The notes under the pieces are model-generated. The model saw only the letters and a program-made list of their open reading frames with translations, did no database searches and was not told the DNA's origin. This document shows, piece after piece, positions 39,630-55,012 of a stretch of DNA of 64,000 nt (position 1 is the first letter of the stretch; each line of letters opens with the position of its first letter). The stretch lies in contig MCFH01000013.1 of assembly GCA_002104945.1 (NCBI GenBank), positions 744,001 to 808,000 on the forward strand. The letters are read 5' to 3'. The DNA is from Piromyces finnis finn. Its lineage: Eukaryota; Fungi; Neocallimastigomycota. The position numbers were made by a program, and so were the translations under genes.

Positions 39630-40420
39630 TAACAATAATAATAACAATAATAATAATAATAGTATAAAATAGCTATAAAAATTAATATCTTCATTAATAT
39701 ATATATTCATTAAAATAAATAATCAAAAAATATTATTATTAGCCCAGGTCATTTGGAAATACCCTTAATAATAACAGATGATAATACATATCCGGATTAT
39801 TCATTATATCAGTTGTCTGAACTACCAAATGTAAATTTATAATTATATTATTTTTAAATTATTTAATAATTATATTTCAAAATAATATAATATAAATCAT
39901 TAAAATAGTTAAAAATATTAAAAAACCTTTTTTTAAATAAAAATTTATAATATAATAATCTATATTTTTAATTTTTTTTATTTATAATTATATAGATTTT
40001 ATTCTCAGAAGAAAAAAATTCATTTGAAGAATCATTACAAAAAAAAGATATTAAAGATGGACTAGATAGTACACTAGCAAATAAATTAACATATCAACAT
40101 AATAGTTTCATTTATATGGAAGGAATTTCAAATATTGGTAATTTTTATGATAAAATGAAATCAAAAATATTTATTATAATATAATATTCTAGTTGTTTTC
40201 AATTTGATTGATTTCTTTTTACTATTTATATTTGATAGTCGATAAACTAAGTATGCCTATTTATCAAAATATAGAATCTATTAATAGCCAATTAAAGGAT
40301 GATGTAATTATTATAATTATAGTATAAATAAAAATACTCTATATTAATAAAAATATTTTTTTAAATAAATAGATTACAAAACTACAGGAAAGAAAAAATA
40401 ATTTACTAAATAATAAATAA
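38387..40420 (+). CDS. BRCC3: BRCC36-like JAMM/MPN+ K63 deubiquitinase; ~11 short exons
   Basis: Spliced: CLTHAFSTEREE|IMGLLLG...RRLDKLKDRVEISPEQL...VIGWYHSHPHLIVSPSTVDLRTQLNM|QTLDHRFFGIIFSCF...ITCFQS...HLEIPL...ELPN|ILFSEE..., collinear with animal BRCC36 (ALSTEKEEVMG; DRVEISPEQL; GWYHSHPHITVWPSHVD) with the JAMM residues intact. Confidence 0.88.
39403..39660. repeat. Compound microsatellite (AAT)n interrupted by AAACAT/AAC units, inside a 342-bp BRCC36 intron (39401-39742)
   Basis: Seen directly; accounts for the four poly-I/Y/L ORFs in the track. Confidence 0.95.
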
Positions 40421-41089
40421 GTTCATAAAAATAAATCTCAGTAAAACATTTAAGGAATTTTATAAGAAAAGAAAATAATATAAATAGCTTTTATTTATAT
40501 ATTATTTTACACAATTAAAGTTTATTAAAAAATAAATTACTATAAATATTTTTAGTGTATATTAATATATATAACATTATTCAATATTTATATATATGAG
40601 TGTATTCAACGATTTCAATTTCTTATTAAATATTAGATGAAGAACAGTTTCATTTGGTTTTGGTTTTGGAGAAAAAAATACAAAAATAATAATTTTTTTT
40701 AGAATAATATTTTTAATTTTTATTTTAAAATAATTTTTAATTAAATTTTGTTTTGATTTAATTAATAAATTAATTTAATTGGAGTCGGGGTCTAAATTTA
40801 TTGATATATTTTTACTATACCATGAATTCTTCAAAACTGAAAAATTTATTATTAAATATTACATCAATTTAATAATTATTTTTTTAAATTAAAATTTATA
40901 TTTCAAAATTTTATTAAAATTCCACTAAAAATATTATTTTACAAATTAATATTTTATCATTTACAATAAACTAGTCTTATTTAAAAAATTATACAATCTT
41001 TATTTGTTTTATTTTATTTTAATTTTTATATAATTTTTACTTAATGAATAATTGCAATTTAAATTATCAAAATTAATTAATTTTATAAT

Positions 41090-44000
41090 ATGCTATCTAG
41101 TAACAAAGACGACGACAAAAATGTCGCTGTTACAAGTAAAAAAAGTGATGTAAAAGCCAAAAAAACAAATACAGAAACAAATGAAAAAGGTAAAAAGGGA
41201 AAAGTAGCAAAAAGTAAGAAAAAAGGTTCCAAAAAAAAGAAGGAAAAAGTAATTCCAGTAGAAGAAGAACCAGTTACTGAAGAACCGATTCCTGAACCAG
41301 TTATTGAAAGTGAAAGTGAAGAATCTGTCGTTGAAGAAATTAGCAATTATGTAGAAAGTAGTATATACATTCAAGAATTAAACAAATTTAAAGTATCAGA
41401 TAATTTAGATGACTTAGTAAACTGGTTTAAAATAAAAATAGATTCTTTACTTAATTGTAACAATTTATGGAATGAAACCCATTTTAGTTTTATAAAATCA
41501 TTTCTTAATGAAAATTCTTCTAAAAAAATAATAGCATATATAGAAGAAAAAGAACCAAGAACTTTAATAATTTCAAGTACTTTCCCAAAATTTAGTATTA
41601 ATGAACTAGTTTATTTTATTAGATTGGATTCAAAGGAAAAATTAAATTTCACTAATATTAATAATGTTTTTCAATACGGTATTTTAAATTGTAATTCAAT
41701 GGAAGGCCTTTTACAAAGTATGAAAAATTTATATATACCATTATTAAATATGAAAAATACATGGCCTGAAACTGTTAAAAATGAATTTGAAAATCAATTA
41801 CAAAAATTTATGGCATCATTAACAGATGCTACCTACCAAAAACAAGGATATACTATATTTTATGTTCCAAATGATGATTATTCAAATCCTAATAAGTTTA
41901 ATAAAAAAGAAGATATCCAGAGACTAGAAGCTTTATTAATTCATTGGACTCGTCAAATAAAAGATGTTATTAATAATCAACAAGTCAGTGAAACAAATGA
42001 AAATCTTGGTCCATTAGAAGAAATTCAATTCTGGAAAAAAAGATGTGAAGACTTATCAGGAATTAGTCAACAACTTGAAAGAAATGATGTTAAACGTATA
42101 TTATATATATTGGAAAGAGCAAAATCCTCATATATTGAGCAATTTAATTGGCTATCAAATCAAATTCAAGATGATACATTACAAGCTCAAGATAATTTAA
42201 GATTTTTATCAACATTACAAGAACCTTGTATGAAATTAGCCCAGTTAGAACCAAAAAATATTTCAGGTATTTTACCAACGTTATTAAATTGTGTTAGAGT
42301 TATATGGTCTCATTCAAAATACTATAATACCAAAGAACGCTTAACTAGTTTACTTAGAAAAATAAGTAATGAAATTATTAGAAGATGTTGTACAACTATA
42401 AATTTAGAAGATATTTTTTTTGGAGATGTATTGAAAAGTATGAATTATTTAAACGAGAGTATTAATTGTGGTGAGTCGTGGAAAGGAATATATATAAAAA
42501 TGGTAAATCAGATATCGAGATTTTCAAGTACTGGTGCTTGGGATTTTGATCAAAGTAGTATTTTTGCTCAATTAGATGCATTTATTCAAAGATGTAAAGA
42601 TTTACTAGAAGTTTGTGAAAGTCAAATTCAATTTGCCAGAAAAATAGAAAATGGTGAGAAAAAACCCATTCCAAAATTCAGTGGATTAAAGGGTCCAAAA
42701 ATAGCAAAAAGTTTAGCAGATATTGAAACGTCATTTGAAAAACAATTACAAATTTTATGGAAAATAAAGCATTATATTTTGGATGTTAAATCCACCAAGT
42801 GGCATGATGATTATAGTATATTTAAACATGGAATAAAAGATTTAGAAATCATGATGCAAAATATTATTTCAACTGCCTTTGAAGATTCATCAACTTTTGA
42901 AGGAAGTATGGAATTATTAGAAATATTTGATAGTTTAGCTAAGAGAGATGCTATTAAAAGATGTGTTGAGAAAAAAACAACAGATATTCATAACTTATAT
43001 TTACAAAAACTTAATAATATGAAAACATATTTTGAAAAGTATAAAAAAGAACCAGAATTAATTAGGTTTCATCCATTTTATTCTGGTGCTGCCTTATGGG
43101 CAAAATCTTTACTTAATGAAATTAAAGCAACCTATGAGTTGTTAAATAAGGCATTTTATCTACCCGTTACATCATTTTCTGAAGAAATTAAAATGAATTA
43201 TAATATAATAACAATGTCTTTAGAAGATTTTATTGCAAAGAACCATTCAGAATGGGTAAATAGTATTCCTGATACAATAGATAATAGTTTAAATTATACT
43301 ATTATGGTTAAAAATGGAAAATTTTTAGAAATGCAATTTGATCCTAATTTATTAAAATTGTTCTCAGAAGTTCATTATTGGCAAAAATTGAAATTTGATA
43401 TTCCTTTCCAAATTCAAGAAGTAGTTAGTAAAAATGAAGAACTAAGAATTTTAAGAGAAAATGTTTTATTAGTTGTTCGTGATTATAATTCTATTATTGA
43501 GTCGTTAAATGATAAGGAACAAAATCTTTTCAAAGAAAGAATAAAGTTTTTAGATAGAAAAATAAAGCCAGGTTTAACAATGTTAACATGGGGATCAAAG
43601 GGTATTGCTGATTATTTCGTTAAAGAATGTAGAAGAAGTTCTAATGAAATTCAAAATATTGTAAGCGAATTTAAATCATCTAATAAAAGAATTGATGATT
43701 CTTGTAAAGACATTGAAGATACTTTATTATGGAGTGTTGAGTATAAAAAAGTATATACTTTAGAAGAATTTAAACAATGTCAAATAGATCATTTGAATGA
43801 AGTTAAGAGTAATTTGAAAAATATACATGATTCAATAAAATATAATTTACGCTGTTCATATGAATTCTTTTCAAATGATGGAAAAGATATTCAAATTTCA
43901 TGGGGAAAATATGTTAAAGAGATTGATAAAAAGGTTGAAGAAGCCTTAAGAATGACTGTTAAAAAATCATTACAGGAAATTGCTAAAGCTATTAATGGTG

Positions 44001-47000
44001 AAGGTAAAGGAAGAGAGGAAAACAATACTGAAATTCAACCATTGTTTAAAGTTAATGTAATTTTAGATAACAAAAAAGTTGGATTTGATCCGAGCTTAGA
44101 ACAATTAGAAAATGTAGTTAATTCATCAGCCCAAGATATGATCTTATTATTAAAAAACATTCCAAGATTAACTGAAAAATTAAATATATATGATGATGAG
44201 TTACCAGGATTTTATGATATAATAATTAACGAAGAAGATATTCAAAAGTATTTTGTAACAATCCAAAATGGTATGGCAAATAATGGCATAAAATGCCAAG
44301 ATTATATTAGAAATTGGGATAATTATCGTGAAATTTGGGAAATTAGTAAAGATGCATTTATCAGACGTTATGCAAAATCTAAACCAGCATTATCTACATT
44401 TGATGCTGATATTAATAGATATAACGAAGTTGCTAATAATACTCAAAAAGAAGAAACATTTACAAATATATATTTTGCAATGCTAGATTGTTCATTACTT
44501 AAACATGATTTAGTAACCCATTGTATGGAATGGCAAAATAAACTTACAACATTATTAAATGATAATGCAAAACAAGAATTAAATGATTTATATGAATTAT
44601 TCAGAGTTAATACTGAAAAATTCAATAAACCGCCAACAACATTGGATGAATTATCTGAAGGTCTTAAATTAATTTCATATTTACAGGAAAATAGTGAAAA
44701 CATTCAATCACAATTTGCTCCAATACATGAAAAGTACCAAATTTTAGAAAAATATGAAGTACCAATAACTGAAAAAGAAAAGGAAGGGTTAGAAGGATTA
44801 AATGCTTCATGGGAAGCATTTCAGCAAGTTATTGAATCTTCTGATAAAGCATATCAAGAATATAAATCAAAATTTAAATCAGAAGTTTTATTATCTGTTG
44901 ATGAATTTACAAAATATATATCAAATCTTTCTGAAGAATTTGATTCTAAAGGTCCATATGAATCTAGTATAGGATTTGAAAAAGCTGAAAAAACTATTAA
45001 TGAATTCATTGATCACATTAATGAAGCAAAAAAGAAAGAAGAAACTTTAAGATATGGATTAAATATATTTAAAATTGAACAGCCTCCATTTAAAGATATT
45101 GAAAAACTTACTAAGAATGTTGATATTATTAATAGAATATGGCAGTTTCAAGGTGAATGGGATAAATTATGGAATTCATCAAAGCTATGTAAATTTAAAA
45201 GTGTTGATATGAGTAAAATTGAAGAAACCTCTCAGCGTTTATATAAAGCTTTAGTTAAAATTAGTCGTGAGTCTAATTTCCATGAATGGAATGTATGGAG
45301 TGTATTTAAAGATCAATTAGCTCAATTAAAGAGATCTATTCCATTAATTGGATTTTTACAAGATCCATCGTTAAGAGAAAGACATTGGAATCAATTAATG
45401 GAAGAAATGGGAAAGCAATTTGATCCATATAGTGAAGATTTCACTTTAGAAAAAGTTATTGATTTAGGAATTGATCAATATAGTGATTTAATTAATGAAA
45501 TATATCATGCTGCTACTAAAGAATTATTAATTGAACAAGGTATACAAGCAATCAAAAAGGCATGGGATGAATTTGAACTTGATATTTCAACATATAAAGA
45601 AAAGTACTTTAAGTTGAGAAGTACAGATGATTTATTTGAGTTATTAGAAGAAAATCAAGTTTCTTTATCATCAATGAAAAGTTCAAAATTTGTTGTTGCA
45701 TTTGAAAAGCAAATTGATGGTTGGGAAAGAGCGCTTTCAAGAATTATTGAGGTTGTAGAATTGCTTTTACTAGTTCAAAGACAATGGATGTACCTTGAAA
45801 ATATTTTCATTGGTACTGAAGATATTAGAAAACAATTACCAAAAGAATCATCAATTTTTGATTCTGTTAACGAAAATTGGAAAATTGTTATGGAAAACAT
45901 AAATAACGATAAAAATGCTCTGAGAGCAACTCAGAAAAATCCAGATAAAGAAAAAGATATTATGAATATTTTAAATGAAATGAATACTCATTTAGAAGCT
46001 ATTCAAAAATCATTAAATATGTATCTTGAAACCAAAAGACAAGCATTTCCAAGATTTTACTTTATTTCAAACGATGATCTTTTAGAAATCTTAGGTCAAG
46101 CAAGAGATCCTACAGCTATTCAACCACATTTGAAAAAATGCTTTGATAATATTTATAGATTAGAATTAGGTTTAGTTGGTGTTGATAATAGAAGACATAA
46201 TGAAGGTATTGGTATGTATTCAGCTGATGGAGAATATGTCCAATTTTCGAATATTGTAATATTAGAAGGACCAGTAGAGTATTGGCTTTTAGAAGTTGAA
46301 TCTATGATGAGAACAACACTTCATAAATTATTATATCAATGCTTAATTTCAATTGATAAAATGAAAAAAGATAAATGGTTTAAAACATGGCCCGGACAAA
46401 TGCTTATTACTGCTGGTTTAATTAATTGGACCATGGAGTGTTCTAAATCTCTTGAACAAGCAGAAAAAGGTGATAAACATGCATTAAAAAATTTAAAAAA
46501 AAAACAAATTTCTTTATTAAAAAAATTAAGTGATATTGTACGTTCACCATTAAATAAGGTTGAGAGACAAAAAATTGTTTCTCTTATTACTATAGAAGTT
46601 CATTCTAGAGATATTATTGATAAAATGTATAAAGCAGAATGTTCAAATCCAAATGATTTTGAATGGGTTAGTCAAATGAGATTTTATTGGGATAAAGATG
46701 AAGACGATTGTGTAATTAATCAAATTAACACACATTTCAAATATGGATATGAATACTTAGGTAATAGTGGTCGTCTAGTTATTACGCCATTAACTGATAG
46801 ATGTTATATGACATTAACAACTGCATTACATTTATTTAGAGGTGGAAGTCCTCAAGGTCCTGCTGGTACAGGAAAAACAGAAACAGTTAAAGATTTAGGT
46901 AAAGCTTTAGGTAAATATGTTATTGTACAGAATTGTTCTGAATCTCTTGATTATAAGTCAATAGGAAGAATGTTTTCTGGTTTAGCCCAAACTGGTGCAT

Positions 47001-50000
47001 GGGGTTGTTTTGATGAATTTAATAGAATTGATATTGAAGTACTTAGTGTTGTCGCACTTCAAATATCATGTATCTTAACAGCTATTTCTAGGAATGCTAA
47101 AACGTTTATATTCGAATCTCAAACCATTAAATTAAACACTTCTTGTGGTATATTTGTAACAATGAATCCAGGTTATGCAGGTAGAGTAGAATTACCTGAT
47201 AATTTAAAAAGTCTTTTCCGTCCTGTATCAATGATGGTACCAGATTCTGCTATGATTGCAGAAATTATGTTATTTGCTGAAGGCTTTTCAAATACAAGAG
47301 TTCTTTCTAAAAAGGTAGAAAGTTTATATAGACTTTCATCTCAACAATTATCAAAGCAAGATCATTATGATTTTGGATTAAGAGCTTTAACATCAGCATT
47401 ACGTACAGCAGGAATCAAGAAACGTAAAGATATGACTATTCCAGATGAAATTGTTCTTTACTTAGCTATGAAGGACATGAATGTTCCAAAGCTTACATCA
47501 AGTGATACACCACTTTTCATGGGAATTTTATCTGATTTATTCCCAGGTATAGAAATTCCTGAAATAGATAACTCTGAATTCTTATCTGCATTATCAGAAG
47601 AATTTAAAGAAAATAAGTTACAAGAAATTGAGGCAATGGTTATAAAGATTGTACAATTATATGAAACAAAAAAAACAAGACATGGTGTTATGGTTGTTGG
47701 TCAATCTGGTTCAGGTAAAACTACAATATGGAAATTATTAAAAGATACTATGATAAGATTATCGAAAACAAAACCAGAAGAATTTGTACCTGTTAAGATT
47801 TTCCCATTAAATCCAAAGGCTATATCTCAAGGCGAGTTTTATGGTGAATTTAATATTAATACTAATGAATGGACAGATGGTATTTTTTCGAATATTATGA
47901 GAACAACATGTTCTGATGAAAAGAAAGATCAAAAATGGATTTTATTAGATGGTCCAGTTGATACATTATGGATTGAATCCATGAATACATTATTAGATGA
48001 TAATAAAGTTTTAACTCTTATTAATGGTGAAAGAATTTCTTTACCGGAACAAGTCTCATTATTATTCGAGGTTGACAATTTATCTAATGCTTCACCGGCT
48101 ACAGTTAGTAGAGCTGGTATGATTTATATGGATTACAATGATTTAGGATGGCGTCCATATGTTGATACTTGGTTAGAAACCAAAAGAGAAAATAACTCAT
48201 ATGATATTGTTAAAAAATTAGTTGATAAATACATTCAAAAGGTTTTTGATTTCAGAAAGAAATGTAAAGAGACAATTCCAATTCAAGAATTTCATGTAAT
48301 TAAATGTTTCTGTAATTTATATGATGTATTAACTACCACTCAAAATGGTATTGATTATAATGATTCTGATGGATTACCAAGACTTTTAGAACAATGGTTC
48401 TTATTTTCCTTAATTTGGTCATTTGGTGGTTCTTTAGATGAGAAAAGTAAAAAAAAATTTGATATGTTCATTCGTGAAATTGAAGGTCAATTTCCTAGTA
48501 AAGATACAGTATTCGAATATGTTATTGATAAGCAAACAAGAACATGGGTTGCATGGGAAGATAAATTATCATCTGGATGGAAATATTCTACTTCTCTTCC
48601 ATTTTACAAGATTTTAGTTCCAACTATTGATACGATAAGAAATGAATTTATATTAAAAAATCTTTTCCAAAGTAATATTCCAGTTTTAGTTGTTGGAGAT
48701 GTTGGTATTGGAAAAACATCTGTAATTCAAAATATTTTATCTTCTATGGAAGAAACATATTCTGTATTAAATATTAATATGTCTGCTAGAACATCTTCAA
48801 ATAATATTCAAAGTATTTTTGAAAGTAAAATTGAAAAGAGAACAAAAAATATATATATTCCAACAGGAGGAAAACATTTAATTACTTTTATTGATGACTT
48901 TAATTTACCTAAAAAGGATGAATTTGGATCTCAACCTCCATTAGAATTTATTAGACATTGGATGGATTATGGATTCTGGTATGATAGACAAAAACAATTA
49001 ATTAAATATGTTAACGATATTTCAATAGTTGCAGCTATGGGTCCACCAGGAGGTGGTAGAAATGTTATTAGTAATAGAACATTATCACACTTCTTTATGT
49101 TAAATATGACTTTCCCACAAGAAAGTTCATTAAAGAGAATTTATAGCACATTAGTTAATCAAAAGTATCAAGATTTCGAAGAAGAAGTTAAACCGTTGGG
49201 TGATATAATGACAAATGCAACAATTGAAATATATCAAACAGTTGTAACGCAATTATTACCAACGCCTACAAAAATCCATTATTTATTTAATCTTAGAGAT
49301 ATTTCTAAAGTTTTTCAAGGTTTATTAAGAGCAAATAAAGAATATTTTGATACAAAAGAAAGTATAATGAAATTATGGATTCATGAAATATTTAGAGTTT
49401 TCAGTGATAGATTGATTAATAAAGAAGATAAAGCATACTTTATCAAATTAGTTGATGAAAAAATGGTTAATCATTTTTCATATACATTAAAACAAGTATG
49501 TACTGATAAGGTAATACCAATATTTGGTGATTTTATGAGTGAAGGTAGTGGCGATACATTAGTTTATGAAGAAATATCAGACGCAGAAAAATTAAAGCAT
49601 TTTATGGAAGAAAGGTTACAAGATTATAATATTGAACCTGGTTATATACCATTGGATATTGTATTATTTAGAGATGCTATTGAGCATATATGCAGAATTG
49701 TTAGAGTACTGCGTTTGCAATGTGGTAATGTACTGTTAATTGGTGTTGGTGGTAGTGGAAGACAAAGTTTAACAAGATTAGCAGCGTATATAGTCGATAA
49801 CAATACATTCCAAATTAAAATTTCGAAACAATATAGATTCACTGATTTCAGAGATGATATTAAGAGATTATTTGAAATGGCTGGTGTCAATGGAAAACCA
49901 ACAACATTCTTAATGACAGATACTCAAGTTATTTGTACAGAATTTTTGGAAGATTTAAGTAATATTCTTAGTAGTGGAGAGGTTCCTAATTTATATGCTC

Positions 50001-53000
50001 CTGATGAATTAAATGAATTGAAAGAAAAACTAAGACCATATGCAGAAAAAGAAAAAGTTCCAGATAATGTAAATGCGATATATTCATTCTTTATAGAAAG
50101 AGTAAGGTCAAATCTTCATGTTGTTTTCTGTATAAGTCCTGTAGGAGAAAATTTCAGAAATACAGTAAGAATGTTCCCATCATTTGTTAATTGTACCACA
50201 ATTGATTGGTTTTCAGAATGGCCTGAAGATGCTTTAATGGAAGTAGCAAATAAGTATCTTTCAAAGTTCGAATTTGAATCTGAACATTATGTTAAAGCAA
50301 TATCTCAAGTATTTGTAACTGTACATACATCAGTAATTAAATATTCAGAAAAAATGAAATTAGAATTAAAAAGATATAATTATGTAACACCAATTAATTA
50401 TATTGAGTTGGTAACAGGATATGTTGATTTAATTAAAAATAAGAAGAAAGAAATTGAAGCTGCTGCATTAAAGCTAAAGAATGGTTTAAGTAAATTAGAT
50501 GATACTAGAGTATTGGTCGAAAAAATTTCAATTGATTTAGAAAAAGCTAAGGTACAAATGGTTCAGTATCAAAAGGAATGTGAGGAGTACTTAGTAACTA
50601 TTGTACAACAAACACGTGAAGCAGATGAACAAGCTAAGCAAGTTTCAGCAAGAACGGAAAAATTAGCTATTGAAGAAGAAGATGTTAGAGCTGTAGCTGT
50701 TGCAGCACAAAACGATTTAGATCTTGCTATGCCAAAATTAATAGAAGCTATGAAGGCCTTGGAAGCATTAAATAAAAAGGATTTACAAGAAGTAAGATCT
50801 TATGGTAAACCACCTGTTTTAGTTGAAAAGGTTATGGAAGCCGTAATGGTGTTAAAGAAATGTGAGCCAACATGGGATGAAGCTAAAAGACAATTAGGAA
50901 ATCCTAACTTTATTAAACAATTAGTTAATTTTGATAAAGATAATATTTCTGATAAAGTTCTTAAGAAAATTTCACAATATTGTTCTGATGAAAATTTCAA
51001 CCCAGAAATTGTAGGAAGAGTATCAAGTGCAGCTAAATCATTATGTATGTGGGTAATGGCTATGGAAAGTTACGGTCATATATACAGAATTGTAGCTCCT
51101 AAAAAAGAAAAATTAAGATTAGCACAAGAAACATTAGAAAAAAAGCAAAAGTCCGTTAAGGAAGCAAATGAAAAATTACAAGAAATTAAAAATACATTAA
51201 AAGAACTTCAAGCTCAATATGACGAAAAAATTATTCAAAAAGAAAAATTGAGAGTTCAAAGTGAAGAAACAGAATTAAAATTATCAAGAGCTGAACAATT
51301 AGTTTCTGGTCTTTCTGGTGAAAAAGATAGATGGGAAATAAGTATTAAAAATTATGAAGAATCATTACATTACCTTCCAGGTGATTGTTTATTAGCTTCA
51401 GCATTTTTATCTTATGCTGGTTCATTTAATAGTACATATAGATCTGAATTAGTAAATAATCATTGGATTACTCAAATTAAAGCTCGTGAAATTCCTTTCT
51501 CAAGTGATTATTGTTTCGAGAATTTCTTAGGTAAACCAACGGAAATTAGAGAATGGAATATCCAAGGTTTACCAAGTGACCAATTCTCTTCTGAAAATGG
51601 TATTATTGTAAAAAGAGGTTCTCGTTGGCCTTTACTTATAGACCCACAAGATCAAGCTAACAAATGGATTAAGAATATGGAAAATAAAAATAATTTAAAG
51701 ATTCTTGATATTAAACAACCAGATATATTAAAGGTTCTTGAAAACTCAATTCAATATGGTTATCCAGTATTATTACAAGGTATTTTAGAAACAATCGATC
51801 CATCATTAGACCCTATTTTAAATAAGGAAATAGTAAAACAGGGAAGTTCATACTTTATTAAATTAGGAACTAAAGAAATCGAATATAATACTAGTTTTAA
51901 ATTATATTTAACTACTAAGTTGGGTAATCCACATTATTCTCCAGAAATCTTTGCAAAAGTAACTATTGTGAATTTCGCTGTTAAGGAACAAGGTTTAGAA
52001 GATCAATTGTTAGGTATTGTCGTAAAGCGTGAAAAACCTGAGCTGGAAGAGAAAAAGAACAACTTAGTTATAAATGTTGCAATGGCGAAGAAAAAACTTG
52101 TTGAATTAGAAGATGAAATTCTTTATTTATTAAGTACTGCTCAGGGTTCATTACTTGATGATGCAAAATTAGTTAACACTCTTCAATCATCTAAACAAAC
52201 CTCACAAGATGTAACTAAGCAATTAGAAGTCAGTGTTCAAACAGAAGCTCAAATTGATCAAACACGTGAAGGATACCGTCCATGTGCTCAAAGAGCATCA
52301 ATTTTATTCTTTGTATTAAATGATTTAGCAACAATTGATCCTATGTATCAATTCTCATTGGATTCATATATTGATTTATTTGATAATTCTATTACTAAGA
52401 GTGAGCCAAATGAAGATTTGAATGAACGTATTAATAATTTAAATGAATATCATACTTATTCTGTATATAAAAGTACATGTAGAGGTTTGTTTGAAGAACA
52501 TAAATTACTATTTTCACTTCATATTACTGTTAAAATCCTCCTGTCAACAGGAAAAATCAATGAAGAAGAATACAGTTTCTTGTTACGTGGTGGACAAGTT
52601 ATTAATAGAGAAACTCAACTACCAAATCCATGTAGTGAATGGATTACAGAAAATACATGGGATAATATTACTGAATTAGAAAAATTGCCTGCCTTTACTG
52701 GTTTAATAAGCTCATTTGAGCAAGGAGAGCGTGAATGGAAACAATGGTTTATTAATAGTGAACCTGAAGAAGTAGCATTACCAGGAGAATGGGAAAACAA
52801 ATTAAATGACCTTCAAAGAATGTTAATTGTAAGATCATTACGTTCTGATAGAGTTATTTTCTGCGTTCAAAAGTTTATTAAGAATAATTTAGGTCAGAAA
52901 TTCACTGAACCACCAATTTTAAATATTGAAGATATTGTTGAAGACTCTAGTAGTACAACACCATTAATTTTTGTATTATCACCTGGTGTTGATCCAACAG

Positions 53001-55012
53001 GTATGTTAACAAAATTAGCTGAAAAGAAAAAGATGATTGATAAGTTTAACTATTTATCTCTTGGTCAAGGTCAATCCCCTAAAGCGACAAGATTAATCGA
53101 AGAAGGTATTAGAGATGGCTTCTGGGTATTTTTAGCTAATTGCCATCTTTCTATTAGTTGGATGCCTTCACTTGAAAAAATTATAGAAAATATTGGTTAT
53201 CAAAATGTTCATAAAGACTTCAGATTATGGCTCTCTAGTAGTCCACATCCAAAATTCCCTATATATATTTTACAAACTGGTATCAAGATGACTACAGAAC
53301 CTCCTAAGGGTCTTAAAGCTAATTTAAGTCGTTTATATAATAAACAAACAGACGAAAATCTAAATTCATCAAAAGTCATAAATCATTATAAAAATCTTTT
53401 CTTCTCTTTATGTTTCTATCATAGTGTTTTAATTGAAAGAAAGAAATTCTTAACATTAGGATGGAATGTTATATGTGACTTTAATGATTCTGATTTTGAA
53501 GTATGTGACAATTTATTAAAGCTTTTATTAGATGATTATGATGAAACACCATGGGATGCATTAAAATATTTAATTGCTGAAGCTAACTATGGTGGTCGTG
53601 TCACTGATGATTGGGATAGAAGAGTATTAAGAAGTTATATTAATCATTATTTCTGTGATAACGCATTAAATATTCCAAGATACTCTTTATCTTCAATGGA
53701 TATCTATTATATTCCAGAACCAGGAACAATTCAACAATACAAAGATTACATTGCATCTTTACCTAACTTTGATAAACCAGAAGTCTTTGGACAACATTCA
53801 AATGCTGATATTAAAAGTCAAATAGAAGAATCAAATAAGCTATTATTTAATTTACTTTCATTAATGCCTCAAAACGCATCTCAATCTGGTGATAATGCTG
53901 AAACAAAAGTTACAAATATTGTTAATGATATATTGAAACGTATTCCAGAAAATATTGATTATGATTATACATACAAATTGGTTCAATTTGAAATGTCACC
54001 AACAGATGTAGTATTATTACAAGAAATAATAAGGTATAATAATTTATTAAATGAAATGAGGATATCATTAAATGAATTGTTAAATGGAATAAAAGGTATT
54101 GTTGTTATGTCACCAGAATTAGAAGAAATGTATAATTACATATTAGATGGTAGGGTTCCAAAAGTCTGGAATAATTATTATCAATCATTACAACCTTTAG
54201 CCGGATGGACTAGAGATTTAATTCTTAGAATTGAATTCTTTGATGAATGGTCAAAAGGGTAAGTTATACTAATTAATAATAATTACTTCTATAAATTTAA
54301 AATTAAAATTTAATATATTTATATTTATATATTTAATATTATTTTTGTATAGATCCACTCCAAAAATATTTTGGTTAGGTGCATTCATATTCCCAGTAGG
54401 ATTTTTAACAGCACTGCTTCAAAAAACCTCAAGAAAGAATAATATACCGATTGATGTTCTTGGCTGGGAATTTATTGTACAACAGGTTGAAGATGAAAAT
54501 CATATTACACAGGAGCCTAAAGAAGGTGCTTATATTAAGAATATCTTCTTGGAAGGAGCAAGGTAATATAGTATTAATAAATATGAAATTAATTATTAAA
54601 AATAAAAATAAATAAAATTATTGAATCATTAAATATATATATTATTATATAATATAGTTGGGATAAGAAAAATAATTGTTTAACAGAACCAATACCTATG
54701 GAGTTATTAACACCAATGCCACCAATTCATTTCAAACCAATAGAAAGTAAGAAAAAACAAGCAAAGGGAAATTATACATGTCCACTTTATTACTATTCTA
54801 TAAGAACAGGAACAAGGTATAATAATATACTGTTTATATAAAATAATTTATTCTTATTTATAAGATATTAATTTAAATATTGATAAACATTTAATAAAAA
54901 TTCATACAGAGAACGTCCATCATTTGTAATTGCAATGGAGCTTAAATCTGGTAATCACGATTCAGACTTTTGGGTTAAAAGAGGAACAGCAGCATTATTA
55001 TCTCCTAAATAA
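41090..55012 (+). CDS. DNAH2: Axonemal inner-arm dynein heavy chain, DNAH2 (I1/f-beta) type; one ~13.17-kb exon plus three short 3' exons
   Basis: 4390-aa ORF with P-loops GPAGTGKT, GQSGSGKT, GDVGIGKT, GVGGSGRQ, FDEFNR, DHYDFGLRA and stalk coiled coils. Exons 41090-54258, 54353-54562, 54658-54816, 54910-55012. N-terminal IHWTRQIK and C-terminal YTCPLYYY...RPSFVIAMELKSG...DFWVKRGTA resemble DNAH2; the subtype is by recognition, not phylogeny. Confidence 0.9.

Noticed and set aside
39367-39710. Four overlapping poly-Ile/Tyr/Leu ORFs
   Set aside because: Intronic compound microsatellite in the BRCC36 gene.
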